Shown here piece after piece: positions 1 through 12,978 of a stretch of 64,000 bases of DNA. Location: positions 22,331,628-22,395,627 of the forward strand of contig CM119268.1 in assembly GCA_051294375.1 (NCBI GenBank), given 5' to 3'. Position 1 is the first letter of the stretch, and each line of letters opens with the position of its first letter. A model generated the notes under the pieces. The model saw only the letters and a program-made list of their open reading frames with translations. It did no database searches and had not been told where the DNA came from. This DNA is from Paraspadella gotoi. Taxonomy: Eukaryota > Animalia > Chaetognatha. Position numbers and translations under genes: made by a program.

Positions 1-853
1 TTTGTGAATTATCTGAAATGAGATTGAGTTACTCAATCTCATTTGCATATTGTCGTATTTTGATTAAGCCTTGATAAATTTTTTTCTATTGCTTTAAAGG
101 TTTCATATTAATATTTTCATTAGTAAATGATCATGTTTATTTGTGATATAATTAATGATTTATCATAATTGCTAGTTTACTACTTTAATTGTTAATTATT
201 ATTAATTATCCGTTAGTCAGCTAGGATTACATGGGTCGGTTTGTACCGCTATGCCCTTGCTAGCTCAATACTTAGGTTTAACACTCATTGAGATAATAAC
301 ATGTAATTGTTATCTTTTCATAGGTTTATACTTGAATACATTGCAAGCCAAATTCTTTAGTTCATTAGTGTTAACAAGAAGCTAATAGCTTCCAAACCAT
401 TAAGTAAGTCACTAATTGAATATCGACTGAACCTGTATTAACCGATGTCATGTATACTGGGGGTAATCATTTTCATACAGAGATATCCCTCTGTTAGAGA
501 AAGTAACTTTTAACTTTGTGTTGCTCCCTCTATTTCCAGAAGACAACAAAAACATCCCTCTCCCCATTACATTATAAAAGAATATACTCTATATAAAAAA
601 TATAATTAAATCTAATATATAGTAAAATTTCTTAAATTTTTACATATATTTTAAAATTTTAATATAAAATTTAGTAAAACAAGTAATCTTGCAATTTTTC
701 ATTTAAAATTTTATAGTATTGATAATTAAATCTATTACTAAATAATATTCTATTAAGGTATTTATCTATTCCTTTTATTTAATTCTTATATTCATATATA
801 GCAATGAGGGCAGTTGTAATAAACTATCTTTTCCTCCGTCCAAAGAGGCTTAC

Positions 854-1828
854 CTTTATTGAAGGCCTTGTCCTTTTCCCCTCCTTGCTCATGACAAAGA
901 TCTGATAGTCTAGTTGTTGTCGTTGCAACAAAGGATGAATAATATGAAGGAAAACTTTTAAATTGTCCTCTCGATTTCTGCAACAAAAGATAAAAAGTAA
1001 ATCAAATCTATATTATATTAATTATTTAGTTATTAATTATTTAATTAATATTAAAATCTATATTATATAAATAATATGTAAATTAGTTAGTTTGTAAATG
1101 AATCACTAACCATAATTGATTAGGTAGCAAGGAAAATTTAAGAGTTCACTCAAAAAAAGTTTAAATTTTATTTTTTTATTAAAATACAATGTTACATAAA
1201 TAAAAAAAATTAATGGTTACAAAATTTCTGCTCAGACATATATTTATTAATTACTTCATTGTTAATTTATTAATTGAAACTCTAAATTAATTTTTTTTAA
1301 ATTTATACCTAAATGGAACTATAAAGGCGATGGAATCAGTCGGTGTACAATTTTTTGGTTTCCAAGCTCCATTGACAGTAGAAAACAACCTGAGTCAGAA
1401 ATTGGAAACTATTTTCTTCCTTAATTCAAAAGGTCTATTTCATGATATATTAAGTATTTGGTAAGAGATTAGTATTAATGATTAAAGTTAAAATTAAGAA
1501 ATACGGCGCTCTCGGAAAATAGCGCCCTTTTTTTTTTTTTTTTTTTACTTCGTATCGTTGGGCAAATTCGTGTCATTGACTACGTTTTTGATGTAGTTTT
1601 GCCAAAACTTCAAATTCGCGAATCCCGAACGTCGCCAGAGCGGACCTGAGGTCAAACATGTCTTTCACTCATTTACGTCAACAAAATAAACATCGAAAGA
1701 AACGGTTGCCATGACAACAGACCGAGATCTTGAGGCAGTCGGCATTGAGAAGAGGCATTAGATTTAAATGACTTTTCCTGGGCGGAGATGAAAGCGGTTT
1801 TGGTTGTTGTTGTTGTTGTTGGTGTTGG

Positions 1829-1859
<31 letters not shown>

Positions 1860-2238
1860 GTTTTTGTTGTAGATGTTGTTTTCGTCTTATTGGTGTGGGT
1901 CGACTCCTGTGTCTTGTCGTTGTTGGTGACCCTTTTTGAAGCTAAAATGAATTTAAGTTGATGTTCTGTTAAATTACTTGATATTTATATTTATACTTTT
2001 TTGTATTTATATTAACTCACTTTCAACTTTGTCGTTTTTATAGATTAACGATTGATAAATGGTTATCCCAGTTTTGGAATCTCCAGGAAAAATATGATTA
2101 AGAATGAAAAAGATGAAGCTACCTGAAAAAAATAATGTATAATGTATAAAGTATAATGTGTTTTATTGACGTGTGAATTACTTTTTACAAATAAAATTCA
2201 TAAACAGTGATGGGTACTGGCTACTCTTCCGAAAATCA

Positions 2239-2303
<65 letters not shown>

Positions 2304-2343
2304 TACATGTAACAATAAACGCGAGAATTTTTTTTTCGCCCAT
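854..2343 (-). pseudogene. GT7 family beta-1,4-galactosyl/GalNAc-transferase-like gene, copy A (5' part; frameshifted; 3' exons not in window)
   Basis: GT-AG exons 2343-2307, 2122-2021, 1941-1723, 1645-1549, 1389-1309, 977-854 give MGEKKILAFIVTCSFIFFIL (TM), a Thr-rich stem, GPLWRRSGF, AWKPKNC..IAFIVPFRNREDNL..HPLLQRQQLDYQIFV. Exon 977-854 is 124 nt versus 125 nt in paralogs, a 1-nt deletion near 891 (pseudogene or assembly error). Confidence 0.75.
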
Positions 2344-2550
2344 TTTATGTTCGTCTCTCTTTTTCGTTCACCATCTCAAAGGAATTTAAAACTGTTCAAA
2401 AAATAAATATTTAAAAAAATTACATTCAAGGTTACTTTAGGTTAGGGATTAGGGTTAAAAATTAGGTTAGGGATTAGGGTTAAGGATTAGGTTAGGGATT
2501 AGTGATCGAAGTCTGGGATTAGATGAAGGTTAATAACGACAAGGGTGATG

Positions 2551-2778
2551 AGACAGTAGTTATTGTTATGTTTTAGTGACAGAACCGTTCAATATAAGCA
2601 GTCCCTGAGCTTTGGATCAGGCTGTAACACCGTGTTACAGGCGGGTTAAGCGCCCTGTCCCTCTTAACTGCTAGGCGACCACCGGGCTAGAACTCCGGAC
2701 CTTTGGGTTTGGAGGCGAATGACTTGCCTCCGGCACCAATGGCCGCTGATGAATGGTTAGTGGATTTTAGTCCACCAT
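2551..2778 (-). mobile_element. ~230 bp structured interspersed element with internal 72-nt tRNA-like cloverleaf (SINE/Helentron-like), copy 1
   Basis: Near-identical to six other copies in the window. Terminal hairpin GGTGGA-TTTTAG-TCCACC, subterminal inverted repeat AACCGTTCA/TGAACGGTT, internal hairpins. Confidence 0.85.
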
Positions 2779-4230
2779 GAGGGTAAGGACTTGGATTAAA
2801 CTTTTGGCAAGAGATTAGAGCAAGATATTAATATTACTATAATGAAGTTAAAAGATTAGGAGTTTAAATGTGGGGCTCTAGGAAAATAGTGCCGATAATA
2901 CTATATCTGCTCAAAAAGGATGGACGGACAAATATAAATACATACATATATCTATTTATATATAAATAGTTACCTGTAGATACCTCGAGTTATTTCATCA
3001 ATCATTTTTGAGATAAATTCAACTTTGCTTTGAGAAAACACATTTGGCAGTCGGGTTAAGTCAGAGTTAAAACTGGTTTTTAAAGTTGACCGGTTTTTTG
3101 ATTTGGTAAAGAGTTAAGTCGAAGCCGGTGGCGCCAACTAGGACGAATTTTGTCTTTTGTTTCTTTGGATTTTTTTTTTGTTGTTTATTTATAACAAACG
3201 AACTGTCAAAACAAATTTGTCGTAAAAATCAAAACAAATTTTTTATGAAAAATTTTCGATCAAAAATAAATGTTTATTGTATATTGAATAGTATATTGTA
3301 TAGTGAATAGTGAAAGTTATCTACTTTAGCCTATCATTAAATAGAAAACTAATATTAATTTATATATATAGTATATTTATTTTCATAATATAATAGGAAC
3401 GAGATAGAAAATATAAAATATATATTTAAAATATATACCGAAAAATAAATTGAAAATAATGAAAACAAATTATATCGAAAATAATTCATCTTGTTATTTT
3501 TACTCGATCGTGAATCGGAAATTTAAATTTCGACCTTTAGCCAATAAACAATCTTGGCCTTATTTTCCCCGAATGCCCCATTCCATCTTAAATTCAAAAT
3601 TAGATTAATTTTTTATAGTTCGGCTTTAGGTTAGGAATTAAGTTAGTGATAAAGGTTATGGATTTAGTCTTTTGGTTAAAATTAAATTCTGTGATAAACG
3701 AAAAAAAATAGGGCACTCTGGGAAAAGAGAGCCAACATCTTTTTAGTTGCGCCGCAAGTAAATAATCGATCGGTCAGTCCGTCCGTCTTTCGGTCCGTTC
3801 GTCAGTCTGTCCCGATTAAGCCATGAGTAATTCTGCTTCAATTAATTTCGTATTTTGTAAAAAGGAAATGTACCACAAGACCTTCTCCATTAATGTGACA
3901 ACCTAAAAAACCGATCACGCGACCAAAAATTTCATGCGGCGTAATTAATGAAATAATGAGTCATTTTTATTAATACTTGGCAGACTAATCTACTTTTTTT
4001 TTATTTATTAAATTATTCAATATTATAAAAATCAACATTACTAGATAGAAACTATCATAGTCATCAGTCAATGAACTACACTGTGATACATTAAAAGTTT
4101 GTAAGGCCTTGTAAAAAAGACGAATCCCTTAACCAACCATAAACTATTCAAAGTCAGGGGCAAGATAGCTTATTAAATGAATGGATAAACTTTACATTGG
4201 TTTCACCAATTTTATAGATCAAATTGTTTT

Positions 4231-7200
4231 TCATCTCTCATTTTTCACGTCAACAATGATGTGAACAAACTCTTCTGATTTGACGAGCCTTTCCACAGAG
4301 TATTCCGCGTTGCTCAGAGAATTAAGTCCGTCGGTCTTGAAGACCCGCTTGGTCACAGCAAGCATTCTATATCTGAAAGAGGGCAGGGGTAATTTTTTTT
4401 TTTTGAAATAGTACCATCCCAACATTGCGTTCTATTCACACTCCTAACGACTTTCCGTTTTGTGGGCAAAAGCGAGACGGTATTAGTGTAACCGCGCCCC
4501 TGAGCAGGTCTGAAGCCCCTTATCCGCTAGTGCGATGTACCACCCGGCGAGGTCTCATTAGCTACCTGCTAGGTTCCACAGGCCTTAGCCATAGAGGTTT
4601 AAAATCTTTCGTTACTGCACATTGCATGCTGGACACTGGTCATTGGAGCCGAACTCCCTCTTCTCTTAAAGACTTTCAGGAGGATCGAATTACATAGACA
4701 ATTAAGTCAAGGATAATTGTTTGTTTCACACGAGTGATTATTTTTCACCTTTTTGGGTTTCCATTCGTGAACCTTCGATTTTTGTGCGTCAACATAGTGT
4801 AGTGATAGATAGAATTTTTGGTATCTTCGCGGAGAGCGGGAATGCCTAAAAATCATTTTTTTTTTTTAAATATAGTTTTGAATTGTCATTTTTCTATTTT
4901 TAAATGAGAGGCTAAACCGATCGCTTGTAGTCTGAGGCCAAAATCGTCATCTTCGCCACCAGCCCAGTATTTGTTGGAGAAGCCATTTGCTGTAGTGAAT
5001 TGTTTCTTTGTCACGGCCAAGACTCCGCCCAGCATATGACTGTACATTGGGCTGTAAAAATTGAGATCACGTGAAAATATTTTGTTTAAGATTGAAAAGA
5101 AATTTTCTAAATTTTAATTTGATTTTACCGTTGTCATAATATCCTTCGGTATTGCTAACAAATCCTTTATTATACTATCTAGGAAAAAAGTATATAACGT
5201 TTTTAATAACGGATATCTATTCGAAAACTTGTTTGATTTAAAAAAGATCAGAATGTTTCCAGATTTACATTGAATTTTTTTTCAGTAGCTTTCTTCTATG
5301 TTTTTGTTGGTCAAAATTTTAGAAGTTACAGGCCAAAAAATATTGTTACTTCAAATGAAAAATGTCCAAAAAAATCATATTTAGTTTTCCTCCATTTTTG
5401 GTATTTAGTTATTTGTTTTTATTTCAAATAGAGTTATTTTTTTTTTAATTAGGCAATGCAAAAGGCCTTGCACCTCTTTTTGGTTAAAAAAAAGTATTAT
5501 TATACTGTGGCAGTTATTAAAGAGAAAAGAGGGAAAGACATGCAACATCAATATTGGGTCTGAAAAGAATTGTGTTAAAGATATGGAAAAACATTTCAGT
5601 CATGTGAGAGCATGCCCAGATAAATGCAGGCAGTAGTCGATGCCGAGGAAGGGCATTCCAAATATTAAGAATGTTTTACCCATGTTTTGTATACTTTTTA
5701 TTGAATAAATGAATTATGTTATATACTTTTATCCTAGATAGTATGATTACTACACGTCAAATTACAAATAAAACTAATGTTTAAGCATTACGGAATCAAT
5801 CCCAGCTGAACATTTAATTGGTCTTCACTCATATTAACCAAGATGTAACACTTTGAAAAAAAACCAAATAATTGACTTATGAGCAAGTGATAGAACCGTT
5901 CAATATAAGCACTCCCTGAGCTTTGGATCAGGCTGTAACACTGTGTTACAGGCGAGTTAAGCTCTCCGTCACTGTTAACTGCTAGGCCGCCACCGGGGTA
6001 TTACTCCGGACCTTTGGGTTGGGACTTGCCTACTTCACTTCACTTTAGTCCACCATTATAATATTATCATTATTTAAAACCCAATTTGTTTCCTACGTAT
6101 AATTTAGTGTATCGACCATGGAACCAAAGTGTTTAGCTCCTTTCTCGTCGCAATTATACAAAATTCTTTCGTCTTCTGGAACGAGATCAACATCGTGAAA
6201 AAAGAAGCAGTTTATGTCTGGACGAATTTCCACGGCGGATTTGAAGCCCACGTTATAAAGTTTGCCTATGATAAGTAGATCGGTTAGAAAAATTACTCGC
6301 GATCTTGATTATGAATATGATGAAATGATAGAAAAATTAGTTTTGTAAAAATAAACATTTTATACATTTTTAGCTAAACATGCGCGGAAAAATGTAACTT
6401 GGAATTTATAAACGATTAAAAGTATGGATTCTGAATTATAAATGAGAAAAAAACATTTTAGCCATAAATAATATTATAATATATTAATTCTCAATGAAAA
6501 GGAAGTATGGGAGAGATTAGGATTAGGGATTATTATTAATGATTATGGTTCAAGATTAGGGATTAGTATTAATGATTAGGGTTCAAGATTATTTTTTTAT
6601 ATTGGATGTACCAATTTCATAATGACATGATGAATTGACCACAAACCTTTGTTAAATTTTTTGTTCTTGTCTCCTCCTTGTTCGATGACAAAGACTTGAT
6701 AATCCATTTTCTGTCGCTGAAGAAAAGGATGAAGAATATTGAGGAAGAGTCGAAGGTGATCCTCCCGGTCTCTTCATTGTGAAAGATGATAATGTTAATG
6801 AATTATGATTCTGTGACAGTGATTACTAATTAGTGCCTCAGACTCAACAGTAAGGCGGAGTAAAAATTATCAATTTAACTTTAATTATAATTCTAACAGT
6901 GAGGAATGAACGACATTATACTAATATACATTTATTTATAAAAAAATTTTATAATCAATTTTACAATTTACGCAGTAAGCTATATTTATACTAGTACTAA
7001 TCCAATAAATGTTAAAATTTCAAAATTATTTTTTGTAAGATTTTTTTTGCAGATTTGGATTCGTCATGAAAAGTTGATGCAAAGAAATATAACTCTTTTT
7101 GAAAAATTCCTTCATTAAGTTGATCAAATATAAAAAACCTATATTTTAAGCTGAAAATTTAAGCAAAGTTCGAAATTAGTTTCTTCAACGATTTTTATTT

Positions 7201-8579
7201 TTGTACGGACATGTTTAGACTCTTTTTTGAGTCTTCATCAGAGTTAAAGCTAAAAATTAAAATTTTATATATTAAATATAGTTTTTTTAATTTTTAACCC
7301 ACTTAATGAAAGAATATTTAAAAATGATTTATATTTTCTTTTTTCAACTTTTGACGAGGAATTCAAATCTGCAATCAAAATTAAGAAAAGCCTATTTTGA
7401 ATTGTTTCGATTTTATAAGGATAGTACTATATATAAATATAGCCTACTACGAAAATGGAAGAACATAAATTTTTTTTTTACAAATTAATGTCCACTGATG
7501 GTATGTTGTTCATAATTGACATTTAGAATTTTTTGTATTTAACTTTCATTACGCTCTACTCAACAGTTATCGTTTACCTAAACGGAATTATGATAGCGAC
7601 TGAGTTCGAAGAGGTACAATTAGGCGGCTTCCAAGCTCCCTCATTGGCTGAAAACAATCTGGGACCAAGTTACAAGCTTGTAGTTTACTATGTCCAAGTA
7701 AACAATTAAATTGATTGAATAAATGATTGTTTTTTTTACCTTGGGTAAGTCAAATTGGTAATTAAAGTATTGATTTTGATTGATAATTGCCAAGATTTAA
7801 AATCCTTGAAGCCTGAGCGCCGCCACAGGGGACCTAAGTGATTGACCAAAAAAATATTGTACTTTACTCTTATACATCCTGGAAAAGAATGGGTTTTTTT
7901 TTTATCATACCGAGATCCGAACTGTAATTACAGCTGTGAGAAGAATTGACTGTGTTGATTGCTGTTGTGGCCATAGTTGATGCCTCTGCCTCTGTTTTGG
8001 CTGTCATGTTTACAGTTTTATTTGGAGCTGTTGTAAATGATATTACGGTTGTTGCCGTCATTTCTGTTCGAATTAGGTTCATTTATTTTTAGTTCAAAAT
8101 TAAGGATTAAGATTTAGGGTTAGGGTTCAGTATTAGGTTAGGGGTTAGGGTTAGGGTTAGGTATTGGGCTTAGGAATTGATTAATAAGTTTAAAAAAATA
8201 TTTAGCTTAAGCATTATTGCATGATTATTGCATGATTTAAAATTAAATTCTGACAAAAACGAACAAAAAGGGGCATGTTCGACAAAAAAAATCTGAAAGA
8301 TGATTTATAACCGCTGGATTAAGCACCATCACAATCAAACTTTGCGGTCTCGGTCCCATAGCTGGACCAATGGACCCCGCTATTGTGACAGAGTCGACGT
8401 AAGCGCTCCACTGTGGATCTGAAGCCTCGAAATATCAATCGACGTAGACAAAGTTTGCAATAATTTGTTTCAATCATCTAAACTGAGAAATAAATTTGAT
8501 TTACCGTTTAAGCAGGGACTTAGTTGGCTTGTCCATTTGAATAGATAAATATATTCGAAGACGAAAAATATAAACAGAG
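4231..8579 (-). CDS. GT7 family beta-1,4-galactosyl/GalNAc-transferase-like gene, copy B (first exon not resolved)
   Basis: In-phase exons 8579-8505, 8063-7911, 7833-7740, 7658-7578, 6771-6647, 6265-6097, 5051-4918, 4845-4749, 4372-4231. Motifs IIIPFRDR, FNKGKLYNVGF, CFFFHDVDLVP (DxD), MLGGV, NGFSNKYWAGGEDDD, YTMLTH, DGLNSL; stop at 4231-4233. Confidence 0.88.
4413..4525 (+). mobile_element. Diverged solo-LTR-like fragment related to the 13551 element (further fragments at ~44620-44740 and ~47000-47105, minus)
   Basis: ctcctaacgactttcc..ggcaaaagcgagac..tagtgtaaccgcgcc is shared with the LTR. Confidence 0.55.
5171..5745. mobile_element. MITE-like element
   Basis: TIRs atactatctagga.aaaagtatataac / gttatatacttttatcctagatagtat. 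Confidence 0.6.
5887..6055 (-). mobile_element. tRNA-like structured element, internally deleted copy (intron of GT7 copy B)
   Basis: gaaccgttcaatataagc...ctgtaacactgtgttacag...ttagtccacca matches 2551-2778. Confidence 0.8.
6849..7560. mobile_element. MITE-like element with internal inverted repeats; second copy at ~24835-25400
   Basis: Ends cagtaaggcggagtaaaaatt / aactttcattacgctctactc; long similarity to 24835-25400. Confidence 0.65.
7160..7246 (-). mobile_element. 87 bp hammerhead-type insertion with 12 bp TSD nested in a MITE
   Basis: Minus strand CUGAUGA-A-GACUC(aaaaaa)GAGUC-uAAACAUGUC (G12 mutated). Flanked by AAGCT(G/A)AAAATT at 7148-7159 and 7247-7258. The paralogous MITE at ~25082 has a single empty site. 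Confidence 0.7.
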
Positions 8580-8635
8580 CTGGAGAAAAATTTGTCTAAA
8601 CTTAATTATCTTGTTTTGTACAGTTTCCTGTTATT

Positions 8636-8805
8636 ATAATAACGAAGGTTTAATTATTGTTTTCGGCAAGGACAATTCGAATTTTTATTCACAATAAAAA
8701 AAAATTATGGACATGTTTCGGCTCGAGTTCGAGCCTTCATCAAATCGCCGTTGCCGAAAACAAAAGTTAAGCCATCGTTATAAATTCAAACGCAACGAAA
8801 CAAAA
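8636..8805 (-). mobile_element. Short foldback element with hammerhead-like motif (8709-8745)
   Basis: Minus strand UUGAUGA-A-GGCUCGA(ac)UCGAGCC-GAAACAUGUC. Inverted arms ~8636-8672 / 8747-8783 followed by the family tail caacgaaac. Confidence 0.65.
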
Positions 8806-10151
8806 TTAGTTCCTTGTTCATACATCGTAATATTCCTCACCCCCATATGTCTGACCTGAAATGTTGATGATAGTAAATGTTGTCTTTTTCATATTCTATT
8901 TCGATTTTTGATCACTTTGTCCCGAAGAGCGGAGATTAAAAAGCAAAAAATTCCATTTTCAAAAATTCTTTGGAACATTAAATCTGTAGGCTGTGGCAAT
9001 ATTTTTTAGTTGAATTAAAAACTATTGTGGTATGAATTTAAAACTGGTGGTTTTTCTTGGAATATCTATTTAATTATTTATTATCTATTATATATATATA
9101 TCTATTATCTATTTAATTATTTATCGTTATCGGATATATATTCATCAAGGCGGGCCAAAATTGAACACTTTTTATAACTTCTAGTTCTCTCAAAAATTTT
9201 TTTTCCCTTCTATTACTAAATGGATTTTCAATGCAACTTTTTTAATTAGTTCAAAAATTATCCAAAGTCAGGAGCAAGATAGCTTACTTATAAAATGAAT
9301 GAATAATTTTTATATGGGTTGTACCATTTCATAGGTTAATTTATTTTTATCTTCATTATTAACAAAGAATGATAAGAATTAAAATTTAAAAACAAAATTC
9401 GGTCATGTTTCTCATGATTTTGATTCAGTTGTCGACCGGATTGACCGGTTTTAGGACGAGGAAGTAAGCTGGAAGAAAACCGGATTGAGACGATGATCAT
9501 GATGATAACAAAACTTAAAATTCCCGTTATTAACTAAAAATATTAGAATTAATTTTTCTTTTTGATATAATAAGAGAACGGAACTCCCATCACTTGATGT
9601 CGTCAGGTTACTAGTAAATATGCGTTTGAGGATTCCAAATCTGTTTTTAAAATTGACCTACGTAGACGCGCATAGACGCGATATGCCTTGAAAGCAAGTT
9701 GTTTGGTTTGGTTCCACTTAAATTATTAGCTTCGGCTGAGTCAATTGGTAATAAAAAAATTTATTTTCTTTTATATCTTTTGAACCAAAAATTATGGGGC
9801 ATCTTTTCCATGTATTTTTTTAAAAATGTTTATAAAGAATTTTTTTAAATCTTGATCGGAATCTTAGTCAAAAGTATACAACTTTTGAAATAAATTAACA
9901 CATTTGGCCACATTTAAAAAAATAAATAAATATAGATTCTGAAAGAGAAAAGATTGAATTATGTTTCTGATATAAACAAAAATTTTCTATACCTTCAAAT
10001 GTTTATATAATTATAGGATAAAGATTATCATTTTGTTGAAAACAAAAAAATTTAAAAAATTCATGTAGAAACCTGATGTTTCGATGTTTGCTATCTCTTT
10101 GTATATCGACCATTTTTTATTCGCACCGGACGTGTGTGCCATCAAGTTTAT

Positions 10152-10240
<89 letters not shown>

Positions 10241-10805
10241 TCCTTTGCCTCAACTCTCGGGGATTCGGAGATTTCGACAGAAGGCTCGTAGGGGATGCAA
10301 TTCTTTAACGTGGAGAGACCTGTAAAGCTACTCAGAATATAACATCTCGAATCTCAAATGAATAAATGTAGAAAGTGATGAATAATTGATGAACGAATCG
10401 ATGAACGAAGTTATGAACGAAAAATTTAAACACACTAGAGATTACAGTCTTTCCGTGAAAGATTGATTGAATCCTGCAAGCCCTGAGAGGTGAAAAACGA
10501 ATGTCTGTTCTTTCACCTGCTAAGAAAGAAAGGTTTTAGGTAAGGAAGAGCCTGATAAGATTTCACCTAAAATGCTTTCAAGACATTTGCTATATTATCT
10601 CCTCAACGGAAATTCATAGTACAAAAATAATAATTTCTCATTTCATTAGTCAATTTTTTTCTATTTAAAGCAATTTAAGTTATTCAATTATTTCAATTAT
10701 AAATGTCTTAGGTTACAAATCAATCGATCTTGTGATAAATTGTCAATCAATGAAAGATAAATGATAAATGATAAATGATAAATTGTCAATCAATGAAAGA
10801 GTTAG

Positions 10806-11227
10806 GGTGGACTCAAAATCCACCAACCGTTCATCAGTGGCCATTGGTGCCGGAGGCAAGTCATTCGTCTCCCAAGGTCTGGGGTTCTAGCCCGGTGGCC
10901 GCCTAGCAGTTAAGAGGGCTGGGCTGCTTAACCCGCCTGTAACATGATGTTACAGCCTGATCCCAAGCTCAGGGACTGCTTATATAAAATTGTTCTGTCA
11001 CTAACACATAATAATAATTATTGTCTCTTCATTCTATATAAGCAGTCCCTGATCTTCGGATCAGGTTGTAACATCATGTTACAGGCAGGTTAAGCGCCCC
11101 GTCNNNNNNNNNNTAACTGCTAGGCGGCCACCGGGTTAGAGCCCCGGACCTTTGGGTTGGGAGACGAATGACTTGCCTCCGGCACCAATGGCAACTGAAG
11201 AACGGTTGGTAGATTTTAGTCCACCAT
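10806..11227. mobile_element. Two tRNA-like structured elements in inverted (tail-to-tail) arrangement
   Basis: 10806-11030 is the reverse complement of the family consensus; 11036-11227 is in the forward orientation with a 10-nt N gap. Confidence 0.8.
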
Positions 11228-11629
11228 AGAGTCTTTCAACAACACAATGTCGTCTTGCTTTTGGCACCAAATGTGATGGTGACACCTTCATCGATAAAAC
11301 ACACGTAGTTCACTTCATGGGCGCCTCTGCCCACATAAAAAAACCACAGGTAGACCAAGCTGTGGACTCGTTGACTTGTCAAGCTTTTTTGCAACTTGGC
11401 CGGCGAAGCTTGCTCAGTCAATCTTTTTAATCGAATTTACCAAGCAAATCTCTTTTCCGAGTTTTCTGATTCGTGATTATCAAGGTCTTTAAACTTATTA
11501 CAAGCATAAAGACATATTGAAAAATCTAATAAACAAAACATTTCAAAACGCTATTTTTAAGAATAAAAAAAATAATTTGTTGTTCATTTTGAACGCATTT
11601 TTGCATTCTTGCATTTTTTAAAATACACT

Positions 11630-12591
11630 TTAACTTGTCGTTTCATTTTTAACATCGACGAGGACATGAATGAAATCTTCGTTTTTGACGAGGTTTTCCA
11701 CAGAAAATCCATCCAATGCGACGGAGTTGAGTCCATCTCGTAAAAACCGTTGCCTCGCTCTGGCAATCAATCTGAATCTACGAATATGAAGGTGGGGAAA
11801 ATATGGCAGGTTTTAGGGGGGTTCATTTCGGTTTGAACTATGTTTGGTGGTAACATATGTAAACAAGTTTATATAAGTTTTCATTACAGGAATTACTCCA
11901 CGCTAAATAACAGCAGTAACAGAGAAAAACCAAAAAAAAAAAAAAACAATTAACAAATAAGTAGAGAGAGATAAATAAGAGAGAGAGAGAGAGAACATTG
12001 AACATTTATCTGAGTGGGGCTTTAAACTGACTAAAACTTATGTAGAAGGTAAACGGTTTTCTGTTAATGGCAAGTAATTTAGATTTTTATTTTTATCGAG
12101 CCTACCGGCGAAGCCGGTTCATGCTCGATATTGATTCGGGTGAGCTTCTTTGTGACGTCGTCGTCGTCGTCGTCGTTGTCGTCGTCGTCGTTGGATTCAA
12201 ATATTTTTTGTTTGAATTTCCACTTCATTATGATTTACAGCAATATGCAAATGAGAGAGATTTTTTTGTCAGCTGCTGCCTTTTCTGAACCCTTTAAAAA
12301 CGAGTTATGGCTCTGCAGTGACTGTTCAGCTGCCTTCCAGCGGCTGTCCAGCTTTCTATCTCTTTCTCTCTATTTCTCTCTCTGTCTCTCTTTGTCTCTC
12401 TGTCTCTCTCTGTCTCTCTCTCTCTCTCTGTACGATCTCTTGCGTGATCGTTTTTTGAAAAATTTTGATTATTTTTTTCCTTTTAAAAACTTTTATTATC
12501 GCCATTTATTCCGCGCTTTTTTCTCAATGCAAAATCCCAAATTTACATCCGAGATTTTCGTGGATTTATTCTCTTTCTTTCTCTCTCTCTT

Positions 12592-12633
<42 letters not shown>

Positions 12634-12947
12634 ACTCATACACGCATTTGTTTGATTTATTTATGATGAATGATTCATTGCGTCAATGAATGACTATCAT
12701 CGCATCAATGAATGACTATCATCGTATCAATGAATGATTATCATCGCATCAAGTCCATCAACTATTTGGTTATTATCACATCAATCATTTGGTTATCATC
12801 ACATCGATCATTTTGGTTATCATCGTATTAATATTGGTTATCATCGCATCAATCATTTGGTTATCATCGCATCAATCCTTTGGTTAATCGCATCAATATT
12901 TGGTTATCATTGAAGGTAGGCTCGATCCTATTCTTTTAAGATTTTTT

Positions 12948-12978
<31 letters not shown>

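Noticed and set aside
8838-8856. 15 nt micro-exon (GTCAGACATATGGGG, minus) as the N-terminal exon of GT7 copy B
   Set aside because: Phase-compatible, but there is no paralog support; too speculative without transcripts.
11045-11070. TGATCTTCGGATCAGGT resembles the P3 end of a pistol ribozyme
   Set aside because: Only a generic UUCG hairpin; the pistol P1, pseudoknot and GCG elements are absent.
11236-11470. Coding-like stretch on the minus strand
   Set aside because: Multiple stops and no recognisable homology.
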